Below are positions 39,021-48,442 of a DNA stretch of 64,000 bases, piece after piece. The DNA comes from Spirochaetota bacterium. Lineage in GTDB: Bacteria > Spirochaetota > UBA4802 > UBA5550. A program made the position numbers and the translations under genes. The first letter of the stretch is position 1. Each line of letters opens with the position of its first letter. The notes beneath the pieces are model-generated. The model was not told where the DNA came from. It did not search any database and was given only the letters and a program-made list of their open reading frames with translations. The stretch covers positions 2,509,730-2,573,729 of the forward strand of contig OY760686.1 of assembly GCA_963663865.1 (NCBI GenBank), written 5' to 3'.

Positions 39021-39871
39021 TGAAGCAGAAGATTCTCAGGATTACAGATATATCAGAAATCGACACCTCCAGAGTGTCAGTTTTTGACATGAACAACAGA
39101 TATATTGACGGCCGAGGAAACATATACGGCCTTAAGTTCAACCGTCTTACGAAGAAGATTGAGGTCATCAAGCTTATACGCACCCATACGGATGAGGCCC
39201 AATTCGTTCAGCATAGAATAATCCAGAAAAAGATTAAAACCCAGCAAATCCAGGAAAAGGAACAGTCCGAGTGGCACAATGATGACACCGAAGACATTCC
39301 AGCAACGGCCTTCAGCCCAAGAGACGCGGTTGAAAGAATTATTTCACTTATAGGCCCCCACAGGGAACGCCTTAAAGGGATAATAATGAACATCAAAAAC
39401 TCAAACGCTTTTACCAGGGACAACAAGACAGAAAGCATTGAGCTCGATAATATATTCAGAAATCTTGACATTGACGGTATTCAGCAATTTGAAAAAATAG
39501 AAAACTACCACCGTGAACTCACCGGATATCCCAGATCCATAACCTACTATATGGCCAAGCTTGATCCCAGATCAAGGGACATAGTCGACTCAATGGGTAC
39601 AGAATCCGACAGGGTTATGAGGTATATTTTTTTCTACGAGATGAACAACTCAATCACGGCCATGTACAGAAACCTGAAAAAAATTCTCGTCAACCTGACA
39701 GAGTTTCTCAGCACAAAGGATATTGAATCCATGAAAAATCTCACTTCCTTTGAAAAACAGTCCTTCGAAGATGCAAATACTTCCATCGAGAACACCCTTC
39801 TTGAAATTGACGATGTACTTGACAGCCTCCTCCCAATGGATGACTTTCTGCACAACCCGGAAAACCTGTGA
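38993..39871 (+). CDS. Hypothetical alpha-helical protein; its start overlaps the PilZ gene
   Basis: It has no recognisable motifs. The start overlaps the PilZ ORF, and it lies upstream of mfd in the same orientation. Confidence 0.35.
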   Translation: MPGFYGWMLMKQKILRITDISEIDTSRVSVFDMNNRYIDGRGNIYGLKFNRLTKKIEVIKLIRTHTDEAQFVQHRIIQKKIKTQQIQEKEQSEWHNDDTEDIPATAFSPRDAVERIISLIGPHRERLKGIIMNIKNSNAFTRDNKTESIELDNIFRNLDIDGIQQFEKIENYHRELTGYPRSITYYMAKLDPRSRDIVDSMGTESDRVMRYIFFYEMNNSITAMYRNLKKILVNLTEFLSTKDIESMKNLTSFEKQSFEDANTSIENTLLEIDDVLDSLLPMDDFLHNPENL

Positions 39872-39933
39872 TTCAGGAAATTTAGAACAATTCAGCCGGG
39901 CTTTCTAATTATGGCCCCGAACCGGAAACTGTT

Positions 39934-42900
39934 ATGATTTTCAAAAACCTTATTGATGAATTCTGTTCCAGCGGTGAATTCGCACAACTTCTTCCGTACA
40001 TGGAAAAAGGAGAGCCTTTATCAGTTGAGGGCATCCCCTCATCTTCGTTCGCCTTGATTATTGCATCTATTTACAGAACCAGCGGCAGCCAGATGTTAAT
40101 CGTCACAGAAAACAGCACGACACTTGAAGAGCTTCAGCAGGACCTTGCCTGTTTTGTGGACGATCAGGATATCATCGCTCTTCCCGGCTGGGACACCCTG
40201 CCCTACGAAGATGTCTCTCCTCCGGAAAGAATACAGAGGCAGCGTCTCACATCAATCTACAGACTCATTGCGGGCGATAACGGAATAGTGATAGCAACGG
40301 TAGAATCGCTCATTCGGCTCATCCCTGAAAAGAACTTTTTCACAAACCGCGGACTCACCCTGAAAATGGGCGAAGAGATACCCTTCGACGACCTCATAGA
40401 AACAATCGCGGAATACGGCTTCTCACGCGAACACAAAGTCGAAGAGTATGGACAATTCTCTGTAAAGGGCGGAATTGTTGATGTTTTTCTGCCCTCAAGG
40501 GACAGGCCTGTGCGTCTTGATTTCTTCGGAGATACAGTCGAGTCAATCCGGGAATTCGATCCTGTTTCACAGATATCCGGAGATTCGCTTTCGTCAGTGA
40601 CTTTCTATCCGAGGCATGAGATATCACTGCTCCCGTCTGAAAAAGAAACCATTGCGCGATGGATAAAAACATCCGGATCGTCGGAAAAGATCGCAGCAGC
40701 CGAAAGCTTCATAAACGGTACAATTGAACATCTTCCTGGGATTGAAGATATCTTTCCGCTGGCCGTTGAGCCAGCACCCGTTCACACACTGCTGAAGAAT
40801 GACGCTTATATCATACTAACAGACCCCACAGGCCTCAACACAAAACGTAATCAGATAGAAAAAACCTACACCGAGCTTTTCTCACGAAAGCATGAATCCG
40901 ATTCGTGCCTGCCGCCCGAAAAGCTGATCGACGGTTCAATTCTGGACTTAATTTCATCAAATGCTCTCCGTTTACAGACCATGACGACAAATCCCGGCGC
41001 ACTTCACTGGGGCTTTAAGGGACTACAAAACTATCACGGCAAGGTTCCTGCTGTCAGAGACGAGATATCAAAGCGTATTGATGAAGGATGGAAGGCCGTT
41101 GTTTCAACGGCCTTCGAAGGCCAGGCCCGGAGACTTGCCGACATGTTCGCAAAGCTTAACCCTGAACCGGGCTTCTCTTCTTTACCCGAAAGCTTCAAAC
41201 TCAGAATTGTTATCTCCGGATTCAGAAACGGAATCGAAATAGCGTCAACCCGTACAGTAATCTTTACTGACAACGATATATTCGGCAGAAGCTACAGAAA
41301 AAAAGCTTCCTTTAAAAAAAAGGCTTCCAGGCCAATCGAATCATTTCTCGACCTCAAGGAAGGCGACTACATAGTTCACATCAATCACGGCATTGGAATA
41401 TTCAACGGAATTGAGAGAATGGCCGCCGGAGGGGTTGAGCGGGACTTCCTCCTCATCAACTACGCAGACGGGGACAGACTTTTTGTATCGCTGGATCAGA
41501 TCACAATGGTTCAGAAATATATCGGAATGGAAGGCCGCCCGCCGCGGATAGACGCTCTTGGTAAAAAATCAGCCTGGAATAAAATCAAAGACCGCGTCAA
41601 AGAGTCGGTTGAGATTATAGCAAAGGAGCTGATTGAGATATATTCTATGAGATCTGCTCTGCGGGGATATCAGTATCCACCGGACACTCTCTGGCAGGAA
41701 GAGTTTGAAGCCAGGTTCGAGTATGATGAAACTCCCGATCAGATAACAGCTATCGAAGACGTAAAGGATGACATGGAAAGCCCAAAGCCCATGGACAGGC
41801 TCATCTGCGGCGATGTAGGTTTCGGTAAAACCGAGGTAGCCATAAGGGCGGCATTTAAGGCGGTTATGGCCGGTAGGCAAGTGGCGCTTCTGGTGCCAAC
41901 TACGGTACTTGCGATGCAGCACTTTGCAACATTCAAAAAACGCTTCGCTGAATATCCCTTTGAAATTGAAATGATTTCACGATTCAGAACAGCCTCTCAG
42001 ATAAGGCAAATCAAGGAGAGACTCGCTGAAGGGAAAGTCGATATAGTTGTTGGAACCCATGCCATTCTTTCAAAGGATATGAACATAAAGAATCTCGGAC
42101 TTCTTATAATTGACGAAGAGCAGAAATTCGGAGTCAGGCACAAGGAACACCTGAAAAAGCTGAGGGCTATGGTTGACGTTCTTACGCTTTCAGCCACGCC
42201 AATCCCGAGAACGCTGCATATGTCAATGGCGGGCATCAGGGACCTCTCAACAATATCGACCCCCCCGGAAAACCGTCAGTCCATTGAGACTTACGTACTT
42301 GAAGATAATCCCGACATTCTTGCCCTTGCCATACGAACTGAAATTGAAAGAAGCGGCCAGGTATTCTTTGTTCATAACAGGGTAAACGACATTGATGAGT
42401 ATGCGTCAATGATCCGCACCCTTGTTCCTGAAGCCTCTGTCTGTGTGGCTCACGGCCAGATGCATGAGCACGAGCTTGAAGAGATAATGATAGACTTCAT
42501 GAACAGAAAGTACGATGTCCTTGTAAGTACTACTATAATTGAATCCGGCCTCGACATACCGAATGTCAATACCATCATCATTAACAGAGCCGATACTCTC
42601 GGCCTTTCCCAGCTCTATCAGCTCAAAGGGCGCGTCGGCCGTTCTTCAAGAAAGTCATTCGCGTACCTGTTTCACCCGAGGCATATCGCTCTTACTGAAG
42701 ATGCCCAGAAAAGACTTCAGGTAATCTCCGAATTCTCTGAGCTGGGCAGCGGTCTAAAGGTGGCAATGCGCGATCTTGAGATAAGAGGCGCGGGAAATAT
42801 TCTCGGAAAAGAACAGTCCGGAGACATTATGGAAGTAGGCTTTGATCTCTACTGTCAGATGCTTGAGGATTCAGTAAAGCGGCTTAAAGGCGAAAAGCCT

Positions 42901-43347
42901 GTCTTCGCTCACCGAACCAACCTTTTCATACGGATGGACTTCTTTATACCTGAAGACTATATCAGCGACGAAAGACAGAAAATTGAATTTTACAAGAGAT
43001 TCGAATCCTGTTCAACCTCAGAAGAGGTTGACATGCTTGAAAAAGAGCTTAAAGACAGGTTCGGCGCTCCTCATGGCCAGGTGCTCAATCTGATTGAGTT
43101 TGAACGAATTCGAGCTGCGGCATCAGAGCTTTTCATAGACGAAATCATTGAGGATTCAAGAAGTATCAGAATCAGAATATCGTCGCACGCAAAAATTAAC
43201 AGTTCAAAGCTTATCGAAATCATTTCTAAAGACAGCCGATTTAGCCCAGACATGTCGGATTCAACAATACTTCATTTCAGACCTGGAACAGATGAGACCC
43301 AAAAAAAGCTTATCGAGTTAAAAAAGTGGTTGCAACAAATATCCTGA
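39934..43347 (+). CDS. mfd: Transcription-repair coupling factor Mfd
   Basis: The 1137-aa product has a UvrB-homology N-terminus. Helicase motifs are present (…GDVGFGKTEVA…DEEQKFGV…LSATPIPRTL…). A TRCF C-terminal domain is present. Confidence 0.95.
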   Translation: MIFKNLIDEFCSSGEFAQLLPYMEKGEPLSVEGIPSSSFALIIASIYRTSGSQMLIVTENSTTLEELQQDLACFVDDQDIIALPGWDTLPYEDVSPPERIQRQRLTSIYRLIAGDNGIVIATVESLIRLIPEKNFFTNRGLTLKMGEEIPFDDLIETIAEYGFSREHKVEEYGQFSVKGGIVDVFLPSRDRPVRLDFFGDTVESIREFDPVSQISGDSLSSVTFYPRHEISLLPSEKETIARWIKTSGSSEKIAAAESFINGTIEHLPGIEDIFPLAVEPAPVHTLLKNDAYIILTDPTGLNTKRNQIEKTYTELFSRKHESDSCLPPEKLIDGSILDLISSNALRLQTMTTNPGALHWGFKGLQNYHGKVPAVRDEISKRIDEGWKAVVSTAFEGQARRLADMFAKLNPEPGFSSLPESFKLRIVISGFRNGIEIASTRTVIFTDNDIFGRSYRKKASFKKKASRPIESFLDLKEGDYIVHINHGIGIFNGIERMAAGGVERDFLLINYADGDRLFVSLDQITMVQKYIGMEGRPPRIDALGKKSAWNKIKDRVKESVEIIAKELIEIYSMRSALRGYQYPPDTLWQEEFEARFEYDETPDQITAIEDVKDDMESPKPMDRLICGDVGFGKTEVAIRAAFKAVMAGRQVALLVPTTVLAMQHFATFKKRFAEYPFEIEMISRFRTASQIRQIKERLAEGKVDIVVGTHAILSKDMNIKNLGLLIIDEEQKFGVRHKEHLKKLRAMVDVLTLSATPIPRTLHMSMAGIRDLSTISTPPENRQSIETYVLEDNPDILALAIRTEIERSGQVFFVHNRVNDIDEYASMIRTLVPEASVCVAHGQMHEHELEEIMIDFMNRKYDVLVSTTIIESGLDIPNVNTIIINRADTLGLSQLYQLKGRVGRSSRKSFAYLFHPRHIALTEDAQKRLQVISEFSELGSGLKVAMRDLEIRGAGNILGKEQSGDIMEVGFDLYCQMLEDSVKRLKGEKPVFAHRTNLFIRMDFFIPEDYISDERQKIEFYKRFESCSTSEEVDMLEKELKDRFGAPHGQVLNLIEFERIRAAASELFIDEIIEDSRSIRIRISSHAKINSSKLIEIISKDSRFSPDMSDSTILHFRPGTDETQKKLIELKKWLQQIS

Positions 43348-43427
43348 TGGCTTAGAGAACCGAAAGATACAGTCTTAAGGCATAAACTGCCTGACTCATA
43401 AAAACAATCAATTACAGGACCTACAAA

Positions 43428-44138
43428 ATGAAAAAAATATCCTTTCTATTCATCGCTGTTCTTACGGCATCAGTTTTCGGATGCAGCCAGTTCTCCGGAG
43501 AATGGGCAGCCAAGGTTGACGGCGAAAAAATAACCTTAGATGAATTCAACAGTCTTTACTACACTCAGAACAAAATTATGTTTAACCTTCAGACAAACGA
43601 TCAGGTTGATAAGATGGCAGAACAGGCTGGAATGATGAATCCGCAGGTTCAGCAGATGCTTAACAAGAACAGCTTTCTTGATCAGATGATTGCCCAGAAG
43701 CTCATCTACACAAAGGCCCTTAACGATGACTCAATTGACCAGAAAGAGCTAAAAACCCTGGTTGAATTCACCAAAATGCAAACTGTAGCCTCTTACTACC
43801 TCGGCCAGAAGCTGAAGGATCAGGTAACTGTGAACGAGCAGGAAATTGAGAAGTTCTACAATGAAAACAGACAGTATTTCAGGGGAGTTCCTCTAAATAA
43901 CGAGGTAGTTGAAAGAATAAGACAGCAGATACTCATGCAGAAGTCTAAAATGCTTTCAAATGAATATGTTATGAACCTTGTTGCTGAAGCCAAGGTTGAC
44001 AGATCCGGACTAACAAAGCACCTGAAAGAAAAAAACGCTCCTGAGAAGAAAGACGAAGCAAAAAAAGAGGATGTTAAAACAATCTCTCCTGAAAACAAAG
44101 CTCCCGAAGCCAAACCGGAAGCTGCTGAAAAAAAATAG
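43428..44138 (+). CDS. SurA-N-domain-like periplasmic chaperone lipoprotein (no PPIase domain) with a Lys/Glu-rich tail
   Basis: It has a lipobox (…SVFGCSQ). A SurA_N-like helical domain follows. It sits immediately downstream of mfd, as in many bacteria. Confidence 0.5.
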   Translation: MKKISFLFIAVLTASVFGCSQFSGEWAAKVDGEKITLDEFNSLYYTQNKIMFNLQTNDQVDKMAEQAGMMNPQVQQMLNKNSFLDQMIAQKLIYTKALNDDSIDQKELKTLVEFTKMQTVASYYLGQKLKDQVTVNEQEIEKFYNENRQYFRGVPLNNEVVERIRQQILMQKSKMLSNEYVMNLVAEAKVDRSGLTKHLKEKNAPEKKDEAKKEDVKTISPENKAPEAKPEAAEKK

Positions 44139-44164
44139 CTACTTTCAGCTGATGGACAATTCAA

Positions 44165-44200
44165 AGGCCGTGTTAATTCACGGCCTTTTATCATTAATGC
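44165..44200. terminator. Hairpin terminator between convergent genes
   Basis: The hairpin AAAGGCCGTG-TTAATT-CACGGCCTTT is followed by a T/A-rich stretch. Confidence 0.5.
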
Positions 44201-44216
44201 TGACACAGCCTGCTGT

Positions 44217-44942
44217 CTATCTCCTTCTCAATCCAGGATCCATCATCAGCCCTGACGCCTCTTTAAACATGCCGGCCGCTCCATATGCCTTCACCAGCTC
44301 TGTTCTTGTATGTCTGCTCTCCCGATCCATCCGGTATGCTCTTTCAAGATAAGGAACAGCTTTCCGCGGATTTCCGCTTCGTGAAAGAGATGTACCAAGA
44401 TGATACAGAACATCAGCATCCGGGCCTTCGTATTCAAGAAGCCGACTGAATACAATGGCTGCTTTACTGTATTCCGAAAGCTTAAACAGAGAAAGCGCGT
44501 GATAGCGTCTTACTTCCGAATAATTCAAATTACTGCCCACAGAAGCTATTGATACAACGTCATCATAATAGCCCCTTGCATAAAGAGCGCTGACCAGCTT
44601 CAACATATTCGGCCTGTCAAGTTCGCCCGCAAGGGCAAGCGGACCAATAAGCGACAGGCCTTCACTGATCAACCCGGCATCAATTAAGGCAATTCCGCCT
44701 GCTGTTAAAACAAGAGCATTGCCGGGATAAGCAGCATTAGCTCTTTGAACAGCCGTCTTCAACTTTCCGGCGTCGCCCGTTTGAGCGGCATTTTTGATTC
44801 TGCCAGCCGCATCCCCGGGACTCTCCTTCATAAGCGCCTTGTAATATGCAGCCATGTAAAAACCGTAAATCTTTTCACTGTTGAAATACGACAGCCCGGA
44901 GACAGCCGCGATCAGAATCAGGATGATAATCCTTTTTGTCAT
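44217..44942 (-). CDS. Secreted TPR-repeat protein
   Basis: The probable start is MTKRIIILILIAAVS at 44942. The ORF-track start at 45080 adds an unlikely 46-aa extension. TPR-like helical repeats are present. Confidence 0.45.
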   Translation of the reverse strand: MTKRIIILILIAAVSGLSYFNSEKIYGFYMAAYYKALMKESPGDAAGRIKNAAQTGDAGKLKTAVQRANAAYPGNALVLTAGGIALIDAGLISEGLSLIGPLALAGELDRPNMLKLVSALYARGYYDDVVSIASVGSNLNYSEVRRYHALSLFKLSEYSKAAIVFSRLLEYEGPDADVLYHLGTSLSRSGNPRKAVPYLERAYRMDRESRHTRTELVKAYGAAGMFKEASGLMMDPGLRRR

Positions 44943-45177
44943 CAAAATCTCCTGGAGAGCTTTCTTATAGTACAGCCATTGATCGCAGTTTATATCAAAT
45001 CTCAAACATTGCTGAAATCTCAATATAAACCAGCGTGACGATAGCTCTATAATCAGCGATATTATAATCCATTTCAACAATTAATTCTTGAAATATATCA
45101 GTACGGCTGATTGATTAACAATTAGCGCCTGAACAGGATGTTTTTTCAGGCAATTACTTCTATGAACGGCGGAAAAA

Positions 45178-45777
45178 ATGAGATTCAATATAGTGATTTC
45201 TTCTCTTGCATTTTTTTTAGCGCTGGCCACCGCGGGCCACGCGTTAACGGTTGAGGAAGCTATTTCCCGTTTCCAGGGCAGGATGTACAGCGCGGGCAGG
45301 CTTCAGGGAACAATTTCCTGGACTTCATCAAGCGGAGCAGCTTATTCTGGCGAATTCAAATACATGAGTCCCGGCATGATAAACGTCAAGTTTACAAGTC
45401 CTTCCGGCAAATCGGTTGTGTGCAACGGCAAAAAGCTCTGGATATATGACAACGGCTCAAATATCTGCGGAGTACAGGATGTCGGTGGCGTGTCGGGCGG
45501 AATCGCCGGGATTGTAAACGGATACAGCGGCATAGCAACCGGCGGCGGAGGCGGATACACCCTGAAGTTAAAGTCCGAAAGCAAGGCATATCCCGAAATT
45601 GTACTTAATCTGGATTCAACATTTATGCTCAAGAGGGCAACATTCAAGGACAGATCGGGAAACAGCACATCATTCACTCTGACAGTCAGAGATGGCGGCT
45701 CTGTTTTCCCGGGAATGTTCAACTTTGCGATTCCTTCAAACGCCCAGGTAATCAACAATCCGCTTGATATCAGGTAA
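45178..45777 (+). CDS. LolA-like periplasmic lipoprotein-carrier family protein
   Basis: It has a signal peptide and a …VVCNGKKLWIYDNGSN… motif typical of LolA/LolA_like. A Gly-rich loop is present. Confidence 0.5.
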   Translation: MRFNIVISSLAFFLALATAGHALTVEEAISRFQGRMYSAGRLQGTISWTSSSGAAYSGEFKYMSPGMINVKFTSPSGKSVVCNGKKLWIYDNGSNICGVQDVGGVSGGIAGIVNGYSGIATGGGGGYTLKLKSESKAYPEIVLNLDSTFMLKRATFKDRSGNSTSFTLTVRDGGSVFPGMFNFAIPSNAQVINNPLDIR

Positions 45778-45783
45778 AAAACG

Positions 45784-46401
45784 TTGAAAAATAAATTACA
45801 GACAGCCGCGCTTCTCATATTGCTCACCTCACAGCCTCTCCTGTCACAGAGAGGTGAGCTCGCCAGTGAGAGCAGCCTCTTTTATACCTTTATAGGTCCA
45901 GTTGTCTCCGCGGGATACGGCGGCGTCAAGGAAAGATACTGGGACGGCGCGGCAAACCTTTACTCAGAAAGGAAGAACTCCGGGCCTCTATTCGGGGGGG
46001 GATGCAGCTTTTCTCTAATCGCGGACAGCTTTGCGGGAAATTTTCGAGCTGAATACCTTTACAACACCGGCGGAGATGGTCCCGTAACACACAACCAGCT
46101 TTCAATGAACGTAAGCTATATCCACGCATTCAACAAGACTTTATCGCTTGGGATCGGAGCCGGGCTGTATCTCGAAACACCTCCTTCAACCGGGGACTAT
46201 GCTTCCACTGCGGGATTCCTACTGCCCGCCACAGTATATATTACTACCGGTTTTGACACACTACTATTTGCCGAAATTTGCGGGAAATACGGCTACTTCA
46301 ACGGCAGCGAAGAAACGCCAGCAACTTCCATCACAGACAATCCCTACCGCTACTCCGCTTCCATATCATTAGGATTTCTTTTAAAAATAGGCCGCATCTA
46401 A
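45784..46401 (+). CDS. Small outer-membrane beta-barrel protein (OmpW/OmpA-like); its gene contains a G8 tract
   Basis: It has a signal peptide and alternating hydrophobic strands. The sequence ends with …ISLGFLLKIGRI. A G8 run lies at 45994..46001. Confidence 0.35.
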   Translation: MKNKLQTAALLILLTSQPLLSQRGELASESSLFYTFIGPVVSAGYGGVKERYWDGAANLYSERKNSGPLFGGGCSFSLIADSFAGNFRAEYLYNTGGDGPVTHNQLSMNVSYIHAFNKTLSLGIGAGLYLETPPSTGDYASTAGFLLPATVYITTGFDTLLFAEICGKYGYFNGSEETPATSITDNPYRYSASISLGFLLKIGRI

Positions 46402-46459
46402 TTTTTCACCTTTCCGCCGTGCCATCCGTATTACCATCAAACAATGATGGTGGTACAAG

Positions 46460-48442
46460 ATGTCAGGTGGATCAATCACAGCAACAGGCCCTGAAAGAGT
46501 AAAAAAGCATTCAGGCAAGGTTCTGCTTCCTTCAGCCGCACTTCTGCTCGCCTCAACCGGGACAACATTTGTTACCACGGGCTACTTTATATCATCATTC
46601 AGAGACATAGCTGCGGGCGCTATTTTACTATTGATGTCAATCCTCACCATAGCCGTGATAAGGACTGCGGTCAGCCGGCTTATATTTACAGGGTTTATAA
46701 TTGCATTTTCAGCAGCATCGTTTATTTCTGCAAGGTCAGAAATTTTGCCCAACTCAATAATTGACAGCTATCCTACTGAAGGGCTCATTCAGGATGTCTC
46801 CGCTAAACTAAACTCGTACAATATCACCGCCACCATTTTCCCTCAGGGCCATGAGAATGGAGGTATATGCGCCCTTATAACCTATACCGGCTCCTGCATT
46901 CCTGTTAACGGCGAAAGGTTCAGCTTCAGCGCCCGTATCAGAAAAATCAATAACACAAATAATTCTCCCGCTGAAATCATGCTCATGAGACGGGGGATAT
47001 TCTTCCGCATTTACTGCAGCGACAGGGATATCAAGTTCCACCCTTCGGATGAATCTGCTCCGGTTGAGACTTTTCGCAATAAACTCCGCCTGCGGTTAGA
47101 CTCGCTTTTCCGGGCCGATATAGCAAGCTTGCTGAAAGGTCTGTTTTTCGGCAATATATCGATAATTCAGCCGAAAATTGTACACAGGTACAGAATATGC
47201 GGCCTGATACATCTCCTGGCAGCGAGCGGGCTGCACGTCGGAATAGCCGCGGCCCTTCCTCTTCTGCTTCTGGGTTTTCTCGGCGCCGGGAAAAGAGCCA
47301 TCCTAATTGGCGCTTCTCTGGCACTTACATTTTACGTGGCTATAACCGATTTACCCCCATCTCTTTTCAGGGCATATATTATGTTCTGCACCCATACCGC
47401 GCAGGTGCTTTTAGGACGCGAAGAAAATCCATTCAACTCCCTTTATCTCTCCGCGCTGGTGATAGTTCTAATAAGACCTCAGGATATTTATTCACCGGGC
47501 TTCCACATGAGCGTTTCAGCGGTCTGGGGCATTCTGTTTTTTCAGCCCCGATACATGTCACTTATGAAATCATTCCCTGCTTTCCTGGCATCCCCTCTCT
47601 CGGTAACCTTATCCGCACAGTTCCTTATCGTGCCAATAATTGCCCTAATTTTCGGTGAAATCAATCTCACAGGGATTTTTACCAACCTTCTAATGGTACC
47701 TCTTGTCACTCTATTGCTTGCACTCTCAGCATTCACTGTAGCGGCCTCCTCGATACTTCCGGTACTGGCATCTATACTGGTAAAATCCGTTACATCATTG
47801 TATGAATTGTCTGACGGTATACTGGAGGTCCTATGCAGCGCGAAGGGTCATTTCAGTCTTTCGGGAGGGCTTCACCTCCTGATTCCTCAGATTCTTTTTA
47901 TCACAGCAGCACTTTTAGCCGGAAAGCTCAGATTCTGTTCACGCTTACTGCTGGCAACCGGCATTTTTATATCGATACTGATAACCTCAACAGCAAGCAT
48001 AAACACAGAGCAAATGCCCCGGATATCAGGTAACGACGACAAAGCCGGGATTCTATATGTACGCGGCAAAACGGCATACTACTCCGGCCCGCTTAAAGAC
48101 TATTCATCTGCCCGTGAAATTGAAGACTTCTTCAGGTACTCCGGCTGTACGAGCATAGAGATTAATCTTGAAGACAGCAGCTTCAGCTCGATAAGCCAGG
48201 CGGCGAGACTCAGCTCAAGAATACCTGTAACGAGACTCATAGTTCCTCCGCAATATATTCCTGACAGAGGAGCAAAATCCGTCTTCAACTCGTTTATACG
48301 CTCCGGCACCATGATTGAATCTGCGGATAAAAGCAGTTTCCTGCAAGCCCGCAAAATAAGAAAAGCAGCCCGTATTTATATTGACTACTCTGAAGCAATT
48401 GACTATATGTATGGAATATTCAGATGGGATACGATTAACTAA
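46460..48442 (+). CDS. comEC: ComEC/Rec2-family DNA internalisation channel protein (no metallo-beta-lactamase domain seen)
   Basis: The competence-domain signature is …GLIHLLAASGLHVGIAA…. The protein is polytopic. The C-terminal roughly 170 aa lacks an HxHxDH motif. Confidence 0.75.
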   Translation: MSGGSITATGPERVKKHSGKVLLPSAALLLASTGTTFVTTGYFISSFRDIAAGAILLLMSILTIAVIRTAVSRLIFTGFIIAFSAASFISARSEILPNSIIDSYPTEGLIQDVSAKLNSYNITATIFPQGHENGGICALITYTGSCIPVNGERFSFSARIRKINNTNNSPAEIMLMRRGIFFRIYCSDRDIKFHPSDESAPVETFRNKLRLRLDSLFRADIASLLKGLFFGNISIIQPKIVHRYRICGLIHLLAASGLHVGIAAALPLLLLGFLGAGKRAILIGASLALTFYVAITDLPPSLFRAYIMFCTHTAQVLLGREENPFNSLYLSALVIVLIRPQDIYSPGFHMSVSAVWGILFFQPRYMSLMKSFPAFLASPLSVTLSAQFLIVPIIALIFGEINLTGIFTNLLMVPLVTLLLALSAFTVAASSILPVLASILVKSVTSLYELSDGILEVLCSAKGHFSLSGGLHLLIPQILFITAALLAGKLRFCSRLLLATGIFISILITSTASINTEQMPRISGNDDKAGILYVRGKTAYYSGPLKDYSSAREIEDFFRYSGCTSIEINLEDSSFSSISQAARLSSRIPVTRLIVPPQYIPDRGAKSVFNSFIRSGTMIESADKSSFLQARKIRKAARIYIDYSEAIDYMYGIFRWDTIN

